From the sequence record MT682706.1: 43,757 nucleotides of DNA; one strand, 5' to 3'. This stretch comes from Escherichia phage vB_EcoS_FP. Below the pieces are notes generated by a model that saw only the letters and a program-made list of their open reading frames with translations, was not told the DNA's origin and ran no database searches. Position numbers and translations under genes: made by a program. Below are positions 25,722-35,183 of this stretch, one piece after another (the first letter of the stretch is position 1; every line of letters starts with the position of its first letter).

Positions 25722-26000
25722 TTGATAGGCAAAAACGATATGACTTATCACCTGCCAATGCATATGATTACCTCATCGAAAGCAAGCAACCAGAGAGACA
25801 CAGAAATGACCTACTACATTATCAAAGAGAAAAACAACGCACTATTCGGCGACTGCTACTTTGGTGGTCCCGCTGGATACACAACGAATAAGAACGAGGC
25901 AGACCGATTCGAGACTAAAGAAGAAGCCAGAGATGTACTGACCGGTTACTTCACTGAGGAAGATTTGAAATCGGTTAAGATTGTTAAGGTTAAGGATTGA
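25722..26000 (+). CDS. hypothetical protein (start uncertain)
   Basis: ORF track. Confidence 0.45.
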   Translation: MIGKNDMTYHLPMHMITSSKASNQRDTEMTYYIIKEKNNALFGDCYFGGPAGYTTNKNEADRFETKEEARDVLTGYFTEEDLKSVKIVKVKD

Positions 26001-26224
26001 TTAAGATGAAAACATGTGAAGAGAATTTTATATCACTAAATGATTTTATTGGTGATGATTTTGACTATTCTGATGTAATTGTTACATGGACTGCTGGAGG
26101 AGACGTTTTTTCAGATATGCTGATTTATAGTACAGACTATAGCAACTATCATTGGGAAGAAGACGAAGAATACGAAGAGGCTAGACTTTATTATTCTGAA
26201 ATCATTAACGTTAAGAGCGTTTAA
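25997..26224 (+). CDS. highly acidic small protein (75 aa)
   Basis: ATGA overlap; D/E-rich (EEDEEYEE); immediately upstream of exonuclease. Confidence 0.5.
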   Translation: MIKMKTCEENFISLNDFIGDDFDYSDVIVTWTAGGDVFSDMLIYSTDYSNYHWEEDEEYEEARLYYSEIINVKSV

Positions 26225-26228
26225 GAAA

Positions 26229-27212
26229 ATGACATTTACCGTATACACACGAGAAGAGCTATCAAACTCGGAGTACCACGCTGAAACTGACCACATCTCA
26301 GGTAGCTCACTTGTCGAGATTATTCAGGGTTCACCAGCTAAGTGGAAGTTCAAGCAGCGCAATAATGACAGCAGGGCGCTTAAGTTTGGCACGCTGAGTC
26401 ACACTTACATCCTGGAAGGTGACATGTTTGATAAAAAATACCTGCGAGCAACAGACCTTGATGCAATTGAAGGCTTAATTACAAGCCAGGCTGGATTAGC
26501 AGCAGCTCTGAAAAAAGTTGGTGTAGCTGGCACGTCAGGGAAGGGGTATAGCGAGCTAGTAGAGATGATGTATCGCTCTGGCGAGGATTGGGATGTTAAA
26601 TGGTTAATTGAGCAGCAGGAGAGCGCACAGGCTCTTATAGAGGGTAAGGAGCTAGTTAGCGCAGAAGACTACGACAAAGTGGTGGCGATGCGCGAGGTTC
26701 TTTGCAATATTCCGGCTTACAATGCGATCATTAATAGCGAGACAGCACAAAAAGAGCTATCAATATTCGGCGAGATTCTAGGTGATGAAGATAATCCCGG
26801 TGTCGGCGTTAAGATTCGAATCGACCATGTTGATGTTGTTGATGGTGTTGTTTATATCACAGATTACAAGACGACAGCAGACGCAAGCCCTGAAGGATTC
26901 GGTAAGTCAGCATTCAAACATGGATACCTTGCAAAAATGGCTCTTCAGCGCGATCTGTTTGTGAAGGCATTCAACGAGAAGAGAAAGGTTGTTGTGAGAT
27001 TGCTAGCCCAGGAGAAGGTGGAGCCATACCTACCAATGTCTTACACGCTAACAGATGAGCAGCTTCGCATTGGACGACTACAATACCTTGAAGCACTTGC
27101 CACTTACAAAAAGTGCAAGGAACTAGATATCTGGCCTGGCTACTCGAATGGCATTACAGAGCAAGAGCTATTAGTTCCTGAGTGGGCTATTAAACAGTAT
27201 AAGGAAATCTAA
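26229..27212 (+). CDS. PD-(D/E)xK family exonuclease (YqaJ/lambda Exo-like)
   Basis: Block IRIDHVD...VYITDYKTT resembles the D..(D/E)xK nuclease core; position upstream of ERF and SSB. Confidence 0.55.
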   Translation: MTFTVYTREELSNSEYHAETDHISGSSLVEIIQGSPAKWKFKQRNNDSRALKFGTLSHTYILEGDMFDKKYLRATDLDAIEGLITSQAGLAAALKKVGVAGTSGKGYSELVEMMYRSGEDWDVKWLIEQQESAQALIEGKELVSAEDYDKVVAMREVLCNIPAYNAIINSETAQKELSIFGEILGDEDNPGVGVKIRIDHVDVVDGVVYITDYKTTADASPEGFGKSAFKHGYLAKMALQRDLFVKAFNEKRKVVVRLLAQEKVEPYLPMSYTLTDEQLRIGRLQYLEALATYKKCKELDIWPGYSNGITEQELLVPEWAIKQYKEI

Positions 27213-27260
27213 ATAGCACTTTTTGTTAAAACGAAATGTATGTTTCTCGCTATATTTGAA
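27212..27260 (+). promoter_or_regulatory. phage-specific promoter-like module (variant)
   Basis: AATAGCACTTTTTGTTAAAA, 22 nt, TATATTTG. Confidence 0.45.
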
Positions 27261-27283
27261 AACACACAAAATACAAATAAGGA

Positions 27284-27739
27284 TTGATTATGTTAAAATT
27301 AGAGCACGTCAATTTCCCAATCACGTTTAACAGTCATGGAAATGGTGAGATTACTTTCAACACAAAAGATTATGGGTTGTGGGCAGATGGTGAAGTTTCC
27401 ACTATTGACCTGGATCATTTCATTAAACAACACAACATAAAGAACCCCAATAACTCACGCAAAAAAGATTACTATTACTACAGTATTAGTAATGAACAGA
27501 ATACACACAATACATCTATACAGTATGCTCCGATCGAGAATATGCCAATTGGAGCAACTTTAAAAGGTGTGCAGCTTGATGTTGAATCATGGTTAGAGAT
27601 TACCATAGAGCCTAAATCAATAGAGGTGTGCGAAGATGTAGTAAAACTTACATCACATCACGGCACCATTGGTAATAAGACCGAAAATCGTGGAATCAGC
27701 ATTAAGCGCGGAACGCTTGTCCGCTACGATGTTAAATGA
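27284..27739 (+). CDS. hypothetical protein (151 aa), cassette flanked by promoter modules
   Basis: ORF track; RBS AAGGA. Confidence 0.55.
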   Translation: MIMLKLEHVNFPITFNSHGNGEITFNTKDYGLWADGEVSTIDLDHFIKQHNIKNPNNSRKKDYYYYSISNEQNTHNTSIQYAPIENMPIGATLKGVQLDVESWLEITIEPKSIEVCEDVVKLTSHHGTIGNKTENRGISIKRGTLVRYDVK

Positions 27740-27787
27740 TAATGATCGCATAGCTTGGTTTTTCCTAAGTCGCATAAAGGTGATGGT

Positions 27788-27840
27788 AAATAGCACGAAT
27801 TGCTAAAGCAATGTGGGATAGCTGATGTATAGTTACCCCA
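27788..27840 (+). promoter_or_regulatory. phage-specific promoter-like module
   Basis: AATAGCACGAATTGCTAAAG, 22 nt, TATAGTTACCCCATCAACAACGAACGAGG. Confidence 0.55.
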
Positions 27841-27862
27841 TCAACAACGAACGAGGTTAAAG

Positions 27863-28513
27863 ATGCAAATTTCAGAATCATGCAAGTCAATTTTAAACGC
27901 GCTACACACTGCTAAATCGCTATTTGCGAAGGCTGAAAAATCTAAGCAGAACTATCACTTAAAGAATAAGTACGCAACCTTAGAAGACGTATTGGCGGCC
28001 GTTGAGCCTGGTTTAGATGAGTGTGGTTTGGTTATGTTCCAGAGTGTGCTTGATGACGAACATTCGAATCGCATGAAGGTTGAGACAAAGCTGTTCCATG
28101 CGGAGTCAGGCGAATGGGTTAGCTTCTTAATGATTGTACCAATCAGCAAGAATGATGCTCAAGGTTACGGCTCAGCTTTAACATACGCTCGACGATACGG
28201 AATCACAGCGGCACTAGGTCTTAGCCAGGCAGATGATGATGGCAATCTGGCAGCGAAAGGCGTAAAAGACTTTAAACGAGAGCTTGAGAAATGTAACGCA
28301 TTGGATGAGCTTCGTAACGTATGGAAAGAGGCAAAACAATCACTTGATGCGGCAGGATGGAAGGTTTTTGAACCACACATTATTGAGCGCAAGGCAGAAA
28401 TCGAAGCTAATGCAATGACTGGCTTTAACCCAGCCACACCTAAGAAAGTTGCAGAAAAAAGTAGTGATAAAGAAAAGAATGAAGTAGAATCACAACAAAT
28501 CGACACGTTCTAA
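27863..28513 (+). CDS. erf: ERF-family single-strand annealing protein
   Basis: ERF-like block YATLEDVLAAVEPGL...ALTYARRYGITAALGL; position next to SSB. Confidence 0.7.
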   Translation: MQISESCKSILNALHTAKSLFAKAEKSKQNYHLKNKYATLEDVLAAVEPGLDECGLVMFQSVLDDEHSNRMKVETKLFHAESGEWVSFLMIVPISKNDAQGYGSALTYARRYGITAALGLSQADDDGNLAAKGVKDFKRELEKCNALDELRNVWKEAKQSLDAAGWKVFEPHIIERKAEIEANAMTGFNPATPKKVAEKSSDKEKNEVESQQIDTF

Positions 28514-28555
28514 ATTAATTGGGGCTTCGGCCCCAACAAGCACAGAGAGATAAAA

Positions 28556-28972
28556 ATGCACGTAATTACTGGTCAGATTCGCCGCGCTCCATTCACTAAA
28601 GAAGGTCAAAACGCTAACGGTAACTGGAAAATGTTCGCGGTTGATTTGAGTGAGAGATACAAGGATAAAGATGGGCAAGCTCAGTACACCAACTACCGCG
28701 CTGTGCTTTTCGCTAAAGAGTCTATGCTGGATTGGTATAACGAAGCATTTCAGGAGGGTAAGGTTGTTAGCTTAAGTTCCGAGAGCTTGTCGGTTGATGT
28801 TCGAGATAAAGATGGAAAGACCTACGTAACAGTCAATATGAACAATCCACGACTTGAGTTTAGTCAGCGTGGTGACTCACAGCCGCAGCAAAATCAGCAA
28901 CCACAGCAGCAGCATCGACAGCCCCAGCAGCCACAGCATCAAAGTCAATTCAACGATGATATCCCCTTCTGA
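28556..28972 (+). CDS. ssb: single-stranded DNA-binding protein
   Basis: OB-fold-sized N-terminus, Q/P-rich linker, acidic C-terminal tail DDIPF. Confidence 0.75.
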   Translation: MHVITGQIRRAPFTKEGQNANGNWKMFAVDLSERYKDKDGQAQYTNYRAVLFAKESMLDWYNEAFQEGKVVSLSSESLSVDVRDKDGKTYVTVNMNNPRLEFSQRGDSQPQQNQQPQQQHRQPQQPQHQSQFNDDIPF

Positions 28973-28980
28973 TAAAAGAT

Positions 28981-29005
28981 AAAGCCCCTTTCGGGGCTTT
29001 TTTAT
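28981..29005. terminator. bidirectional intrinsic terminator
   Basis: AAAGCCCCTTTCGGGGCTTTTTTAT between convergent ssb and tailspike. Confidence 0.75.
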
Positions 29006-29008
29006 TTA

Positions 29009-31525
29009 TTAAACATAGCTGTTTACAAAAGTAATTTTTCCTCCAGGTCTTTTATATGAGTAGGAGTAGTTCTTATTCTCAGGAAGAATAATATTAGGTG
29101 AACTATAAGACAAGGAAAGAAAAGGAGCATCAAACAGGTATTCGTTTTCCGTCATTATTGCGTATGTTGAACTTAGTGAGCTATTGAATCTAACAGATGA
29201 ACCAATTAAAAACCTTGTAGATGAGCCAATCAATCTTATTGCCGATAACTCATCAGTTCTTGGATTAACACCCCACTCATCAATAGTGCAGCAATCAACT
29301 GATCCACTAGAGTTTCTTAGTCTAAAGGCGTGCCCATTAATACCATTTATAACACCACTAGAAAAAGCAATTGAATTACAGTTGTAAGCATCAAGAAAAA
29401 CATCAGTTCTTGATGTTGGTGTTGAGTACGAGCCCTTACCTAAAGCGTCGAAGCTACTACATACAATCCTATCCGCATTTACAGCTTTTATGCAAACCAT
29501 GTTTGACTCAATAGTTGTCATTGAGTGAACAAAGTGAGCGTTTGAAATTTGAACACCAGAAACCCTCCTTGTGTCATTTCCAGATATTAGAAGTATTGGA
29601 ACTGACGAATTTGATGTATTTGTTGTTTCACCGATGTATATGTTTGACATGGCTGTGTTTATATGATTAGTTTCATCATCTTGCGGCTCAATAGCTATAG
29701 CTCCGACATCCATACCCCCATTGCAAAACAAATTGTTTACCCTGTTACCTCCAGCGGAAAGTCTAAGAGGTACAGATCCGCCATAAATTTCGACCGTATC
29801 AATAACACTATCAGAGTAAACCCTAATTCCACCACCCGAAGCGAATTTTGCAGGGTCTGATATATCCGTTGCATTACAGTAAATTCTCTCAAATCTTGAT
29901 AGCCCCTGACCTGAATATATAAACCAAGTATTGAATCGATTCCCTGATAAATCCCTATACTCCCATCCACCTCCAGATTCATGAAGTATAGCGTGCTGAC
30001 AAGACCATTCACCATCAAATGAAATTCCCTCAAACTTAACTGCGTCTACTCCACTAAGTCCTTTATTTGATGTGAATATTGATCTTTGATTTGGTGTGGC
30101 TGGTTTAATTATCGTCGACCCTAAATAAGCCTGATTCCCACCCTTTCCAAGAAATTTAACCCCAGAAGCTACTTGGTTTAGCTCGATCTCCGATGTTCTT
30201 ATCACTCCAGCAGGAAACTCCAAAACCTTAACCCCTGCGTAAATGGCTTTAATTATTGCATCCTTGTTATCAGCAACATGTACTCCGCCACCGTAAGATT
30301 CAATCTTTGATGATATTGGCCTTAGCTTCCATTTTTCATCTAATTCTGGAGATGATGGAAGCACCGAGCCTTCAGTTATCTGCCCATCATATGAGTATTG
30401 ATTACCATTGTAATTAAATGACTGATAGTTTGATGTCAGCTTCTTACCTTGCGTGAAATCCCCAGATGAAAAGTACCCATTAATCTTATTAATAGCAGCA
30501 TCAACATCTTGCTTCGAGTAAACATCAAGATTAGTTCTTGCTAATGACTTATTTGCAACATCAGAGAGATTCAATGACTTTTGAAAAGTCTCATTTTTTG
30601 AGTAAACATCAAGCAAACCCCTAACCCTTATAGCAGAAGAGCCACCAGCAGCAGCATCTCCACCTGGAACGCTTAGAAGCTCCCTTACATAAAAACTCCT
30701 AGAACCAGTAGCTCCAGTAAAGGTAATTTCCGCAACCCTAAAAACTGCGTTTGAGGCTGTAGAAGGAGAAACTCTTACTACGTTACTTCCATTAATACCG
30801 CGCGTCGCAAGAACATCAATACAAATAGTAGTGTTTGTCGCCGGGAACATTGAGCTTAAGTCTGCTGGAATGTTAACCATGTTGTCAATTCTGCACTGGT
30901 AACTACCACCTGAATAAAATTGCATTGTCTGCCAGTCAAGTGATCCTAGCAGTGGTGTTGTAGTACTTCCTATGCCGTGTTCTGCAAAGTAAGCCACTGC
31001 TGCGGTATTCCCAGCTGCATTTATTGCAGCAACGGTTCTTTTGTATGAGTTCTGTGCATTATTGCTGGCGCCAACGGCAGTTGATGCGCTTTCTGCGGCA
31101 GCAACCTGACTAGCAAGAGCCTCCGCAGCTCCAGTAGTGGATTGATTTGCAAGTTTCTCGAAGCGAGGCCAGTCGAAAGTGTCTTGACCAATAAATTGCA
31201 GCAATCCTTCGATGGATGTCTCCTTGGACTGGTAGTAACGCAAAGTCTCTGCTACATCCTGAGCCAACCCCTGAACGGTAATTCCATCGTGCGCAAGAAT
31301 TGCATAACCAGTTCCTGCAGGAACAGTTTCAGAATTAGGGTTGTAAACATTAATCTGCGTGTCGCTAATGATTTCAGAGATGGTGTAAATCTTTAGCGGG
31401 TTAGTTTTGAAAATGATAGTTGCACCTACGCGAATCAGTGTAAGCGGTGCTTTCCATGTTGTCCCCACGCCAGTTACCTCGCCAGTTGCGGCCAGCGACG
31501 CTGTTCCTAAGTCATAAATTGCCAT
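29009..31525 (-). CDS. tailspike / lateral tail fibre (beta-helix, candidate polysaccharide depolymerase)
   Basis: About 838 aa from ATG 31525 (RBS GGAGAC); conserved-looking N-terminal anchor, Ala-rich coiled segment, long Ser/Gly/Asn/Thr-rich repeat-like region. Confidence 0.65.
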   Translation of the reverse strand: MAIYDLGTASLAATGEVTGVGTTWKAPLTLIRVGATIIFKTNPLKIYTISEIISDTQINVYNPNSETVPAGTGYAILAHDGITVQGLAQDVAETLRYYQSKETSIEGLLQFIGQDTFDWPRFEKLANQSTTGAAEALASQVAAAESASTAVGASNNAQNSYKRTVAAINAAGNTAAVAYFAEHGIGSTTTPLLGSLDWQTMQFYSGGSYQCRIDNMVNIPADLSSMFPATNTTICIDVLATRGINGSNVVRVSPSTASNAVFRVAEITFTGATGSRSFYVRELLSVPGGDAAAGGSSAIRVRGLLDVYSKNETFQKSLNLSDVANKSLARTNLDVYSKQDVDAAINKINGYFSSGDFTQGKKLTSNYQSFNYNGNQYSYDGQITEGSVLPSSPELDEKWKLRPISSKIESYGGGVHVADNKDAIIKAIYAGVKVLEFPAGVIRTSEIELNQVASGVKFLGKGGNQAYLGSTIIKPATPNQRSIFTSNKGLSGVDAVKFEGISFDGEWSCQHAILHESGGGWEYRDLSGNRFNTWFIYSGQGLSRFERIYCNATDISDPAKFASGGGIRVYSDSVIDTVEIYGGSVPLRLSAGGNRVNNLFCNGGMDVGAIAIEPQDDETNHINTAMSNIYIGETTNTSNSSVPILLISGNDTRRVSGVQISNAHFVHSMTTIESNMVCIKAVNADRIVCSSFDALGKGSYSTPTSRTDVFLDAYNCNSIAFSSGVINGINGHAFRLRNSSGSVDCCTIDEWGVNPRTDELSAIRLIGSSTRFLIGSSVRFNSSLSSTYAIMTENEYLFDAPFLSLSYSSPNIILPENKNYSYSYKRPGGKITFVNSYV

Positions 31526-31591
31526 TGTGTAAAGTCTCCATTTGTAAAATAGCACTAATTGCTAAGTTGGATTGTAGCATCTTTCAGGCAT

Positions 31592-31612
31592 AAAAAAACC
31601 TCCCAAAGGAGG
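31592..31612 (-). terminator. intrinsic terminator (minus strand) after primase
   Basis: Minus strand: AACCTCCTTTGGGAGGTTTTTTT. Confidence 0.65.
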
Positions 31613-32539
31613 TTAGTCTAGTAATTCGCTTGCTTTGTATATTCGCTTTCTTATGCCTGACTTGAAAAAATTATCATCATTTGGCATTACCACATCAAGA
31701 TTGCGATCGTCAGCAACAGCGAGTAAATCAAAATCGTGGCGAGTACAAGCGACGCGTAACTTGTAGTTTCTAAGCGCATAAGCAACCATTTCCATGTTGT
31801 AACTGGAGTGGCAAACAAGTACGCAGCGGTTGCCAGTAGCAATATGAACGCGAACACCATCAATCCAATTATCGACCAGATAAGCGTACTCATCATCTTT
31901 AAAGGCACCAATAACAGCAATAGACTGGCGAGTGTAATCTTTTGCAGCATAACTAACATCTCCATCTTCATTGATAAACATTACATTGCACATTTCTTCC
32001 GATATGCCGTCACTATAAGCCATAAAACACGGTATTGCGTGTATTATTTCGCCTGATTTTGTTCTGCCAACATCAAAGCCAAACTCGCTATAGATACCCT
32101 CGTATGTACTGAGCGGAGTTGATTCTACTCTTTCCGTCCTTTCCATTATCTCTAAGCATCTTTCGTGGTCAATCTGGGAGCCCATTTTATAAGGGGATGT
32201 ACGTGAGGCCCTCTTATTTGCTTTAGCTACAACCTCAATAGGAACTAAGTTTAGCCAGTCACCAAGCGTATCTATTGTTTCACTATAACTCATTCCAGAA
32301 CACTTCATTACCCAACCTACACCAGAATCATTTCCACATTGGTTGCATATTGCTGCGCCATTTCCCTTTTCTTGACCTAACTCATCAGTGAATCGAAACC
32401 TATCCTTGCCAAAGCAGTAAGGGCACGGACCGTGCTTCTTGCTGAGATTCTCCTTTGTCCATCCAAGATGCGATGAGTAGAACTCACTCCACATCCCTTT
32501 CATCTTGGATATCACTTCGTTCTTATCATGGTGACTCAT
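31613..32539 (-). CDS. DNA primase-like protein (zinc ribbon CPYC...CNQC)
   Basis: Start at ATG 32539 (RBS GGAGGT); N-terminal C4 zinc-binding motif; position near helicase. Confidence 0.5.
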   Translation of the reverse strand: MSHHDKNEVISKMKGMWSEFYSSHLGWTKENLSKKHGPCPYCFGKDRFRFTDELGQEKGNGAAICNQCGNDSGVGWVMKCSGMSYSETIDTLGDWLNLVPIEVVAKANKRASRTSPYKMGSQIDHERCLEIMERTERVESTPLSTYEGIYSEFGFDVGRTKSGEIIHAIPCFMAYSDGISEEMCNVMFINEDGDVSYAAKDYTRQSIAVIGAFKDDEYAYLVDNWIDGVRVHIATGNRCVLVCHSSYNMEMVAYALRNYKLRVACTRHDFDLLAVADDRNLDVVMPNDDNFFKSGIRKRIYKASELLD

Positions 32540-32559
32540 AATTACCTCCATAAACAATA

Positions 32560-32612
32560 AAGGCACTATACATAATGCACAGTGCCATTGTTTATCAATT
32601 CGTGCTATTTCC
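32560..32612 (-). promoter_or_regulatory. phage-specific promoter-like module (minus strand)
   Basis: Minus strand: AAATAGCACGAATTGATAAA, 22 nt, TATAGTGCC. Confidence 0.5.
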
Positions 32613-33087
32613 CTTGCTCTTTAGCTTTTCGTGCTGCCTCGTTAGCGGCCTTAATCTTGCGCCATGATCGACACTCTGGCTTCGTGGCTAACTCAGCCTC
32701 AGTGACCACACGCAGCATGTGACGTTTTTTGCAACGTAGTGTAAGTGGCTTTCCGTTGCCATCGAATTGCAAATCTGGTCGGCAGAATGTAGCGCGAAAG
32801 CCTTCTCCATTTCGTTTGTAGTAGTTGTGCGACAACTGAGCACCGCGTGCAGAAATCATACCACGCTTAAACCATTCTTCCACGGCCTGTGGTGTTACCT
32901 TTAATTTCTTTGCCATATTTGCCTTTGTGCCGAAGAAATCAAGAACAATTTCCAGCCGCGCACGTAAACCCGCCCTTACCTCATCTTTCAAAACGTAGTA
33001 ACCTGAAGGTCGTTTTCGCTGCTTTTTATCTTCAGTGCGGATGGTTCCGTTATTGCCGTTAATGGTTCTCTTGTCGACTGTATTCAT
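32605..33087 (-). CDS. HTH DNA-binding protein (Cro/YdaS-like), basic
   Basis: HTH block AKKLKVTPQAVEEWFKRGMISARGA; ATG 33087 with GAGGTAATAAG RBS. Confidence 0.55.
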   Translation of the reverse strand: MNTVDKRTINGNNGTIRTEDKKQRKRPSGYYVLKDEVRAGLRARLEIVLDFFGTKANMAKKLKVTPQAVEEWFKRGMISARGAQLSHNYYKRNGEGFRATFCRPDLQFDGNGKPLTLRCKKRHMLRVVTEAELATKPECRSWRKIKAANEAARKAKEQGK

Positions 33088-33098
33088 CTTATTACCTC

Positions 33099-33146
33099 GA
33101 TAGCATTTTTTGTTAAAAGTCATCCTGATTTGATGGTAATATTGTA
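33099..33146 (+). promoter_or_regulatory. phage-specific promoter-like module (variant) for helicase operon
   Basis: GATAGCATTTTTTGTTAAAAG, 22 nt, TAATATTGTAC; divergent from HTH gene. Confidence 0.45.
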
Positions 33147-33188
33147 CTCAATTAAACGCTACAAGACAATTTTTATAGGAATTTAGAT

Positions 33189-35183
33189 ATGTTGCCTATC
33201 GAGAAGCTGGTTGCCAACTTTGATAAAGAAAGAATTAAACAGATTCAGAAAGACTATCAGTTTGGAGAGATAACCCCTTACGAATTCCAGTGCGTTACAT
33301 TTGACGCAATTGGGAAGGCTATTGGCAAGTACGAAGCGCCATTTATCGCAGACCTTTCCGTATCGGCTGGTAAGACAATCATTCTCGCTATGATTGGTAA
33401 GCGTATGGAGCAGCTTGGCCTTCCTTATATGGTGCTTTCTCGCCAGTCAGAGATAATCAGCCAGAACTCAGAAGAGCTTCGCAATTTTGGCATCCGTAAT
33501 AGCGTCTATTGCTCCGGGCTTAACGTTAAATCAGTTTATTACCCAACCATAGTTGCCAGTGAGGGCACGGCAGCTAACGGCTTATTTAAGGGGCTTGGTG
33601 ACTATGTTCCGGCTGTTATCGCAATCGATGAATGTCACATGGTCGATCACATGGATATCGTGGAAGCTGAAGAGAACGAAGAAACATTTGAACAAATGAG
33701 CACAAAGAAAGGCGAGATGGTTTTTAAGGATGGCGTTAATACTGGATTGCTTGGTACTGGTCGTGCGCAGTACACGCTAATAATCACTGAGATGAAGCGT
33801 CGCTGCCGTGAAAAATACGGGCGGGAGCTTCGTATATTCGGCCTTACTGGTAGCCCTTATCGAAACAATGATCGTATCGTCGTTAGCAATCCAAATATCC
33901 GTGGGTTCTGGCGAAAAACTGTGATTCAGGTTCCAACAAATTACCTTGTTGATTTGGGATTCGTGGTTCCAACTGTTTACGGCGAGGTTGGTGACCTTGG
34001 TTATGACCTTAGCGAATTTGCGCCTGATGGAAGCGATGGGGTTAAGGATTTTAGCAAAAAAGAAATGGATGCAATGGCTGCAAAGATTCACGACAACCAA
34101 TCCATGACTCAAAAGATAATGGGTTTTGTTGTAAAAATACTAGAGACCCGCAACGCAGCATTGGTTACTTGTGCTGGTAAGCTCCATTGTGATGAGGCCG
34201 CTGCGGCACTGCCAGATAGATACCCTTACGCTATCATTACTGATTCTACGGGGGAGAAGAAGCGCAGGGAGATTCTTGCTGATTGCCAGACAGGGAAGTA
34301 CAAAATCATATTCCAGATTGGTTGTCTAACCACGGGCGTGTCGGTTCCACCGTGGGATACAAGCGTGATACTTAGAAAGATCGGCAGCCTTACACTAATG
34401 ATCCAGTTGCTTGGTCGGGGTATGCGAATTCTAAAGAAAAAGCATATAGAAATGGGGATGAAAAAAGATGATCACCTTGTTCTGGACTTCGCTGGCGCAC
34501 TTGATGACATGGCAGAGCTTTACTTTGACCCAATAATTGAGGAGCTTCAGGCTGAGAAGTTTAAATCCTCAAGAAAAGGTGGTGATGAGGTTCGCCAGTG
34601 TCCGCAATGTGGATATGAGAACTCGCCATTTGCTAGACGCTGTAGCAATAAGATTGATGGTGTTAGATGCGATCACTTTTTCCAGTTCACAACATGTGAT
34701 GATATTACCGACCAACAAACAAAGGCGGTAATCAAGAAAGGTTGTGGAACTAAAAATGACATAGCAGCAAAAGTTTGTCGTGAATGCGGAGAAATTCTTA
34801 AAGACCCAAACGCTAACCTGACTGGAAAGATGTATCGTCGCGGAGACTATTTGCGAGTTTATGATTTTCAAGTTGGTTTAAGCAAGAATCAAACGGGCAT
34901 TGTAGTTAAGTACAATATCATGGCCCACAACGGAGAAAGATTTAACGCTTGGGAGTTCTTCAATCCAGAATCTGACCATAGGGTTTGTAGTGTGCTTTGG
35001 AAAAACTTTTGCCTTGCTCACATTGAAAATCGCGCTGAAGCAGCACGAATTGGCAGACTGAAGAATGCCAGAATGATTATGACTAACGCAGATAAGTTTC
35101 GTGCGCCAGTCCAGGTGACACACCGCAAGAATGGCAAAGGAAAGGATATAATAGCTTTTAAGAATTTTGGAGAATTGTTATGA
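33189..35183 (+). CDS. SF2 DEAD/DExH-family helicase with C-terminal zinc-ribbon motifs
   Basis: Walker A SAGKT, motif II DECH, CPQCG...C..C zinc-binding motifs. Confidence 0.85.
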   Translation: MLPIEKLVANFDKERIKQIQKDYQFGEITPYEFQCVTFDAIGKAIGKYEAPFIADLSVSAGKTIILAMIGKRMEQLGLPYMVLSRQSEIISQNSEELRNFGIRNSVYCSGLNVKSVYYPTIVASEGTAANGLFKGLGDYVPAVIAIDECHMVDHMDIVEAEENEETFEQMSTKKGEMVFKDGVNTGLLGTGRAQYTLIITEMKRRCREKYGRELRIFGLTGSPYRNNDRIVVSNPNIRGFWRKTVIQVPTNYLVDLGFVVPTVYGEVGDLGYDLSEFAPDGSDGVKDFSKKEMDAMAAKIHDNQSMTQKIMGFVVKILETRNAALVTCAGKLHCDEAAAALPDRYPYAIITDSTGEKKRREILADCQTGKYKIIFQIGCLTTGVSVPPWDTSVILRKIGSLTLMIQLLGRGMRILKKKHIEMGMKKDDHLVLDFAGALDDMAELYFDPIIEELQAEKFKSSRKGGDEVRQCPQCGYENSPFARRCSNKIDGVRCDHFFQFTTCDDITDQQTKAVIKKGCGTKNDIAAKVCRECGEILKDPNANLTGKMYRRGDYLRVYDFQVGLSKNQTGIVVKYNIMAHNGERFNAWEFFNPESDHRVCSVLWKNFCLAHIENRAEAARIGRLKNARMIMTNADKFRAPVQVTHRKNGKGKDIIAFKNFGELL

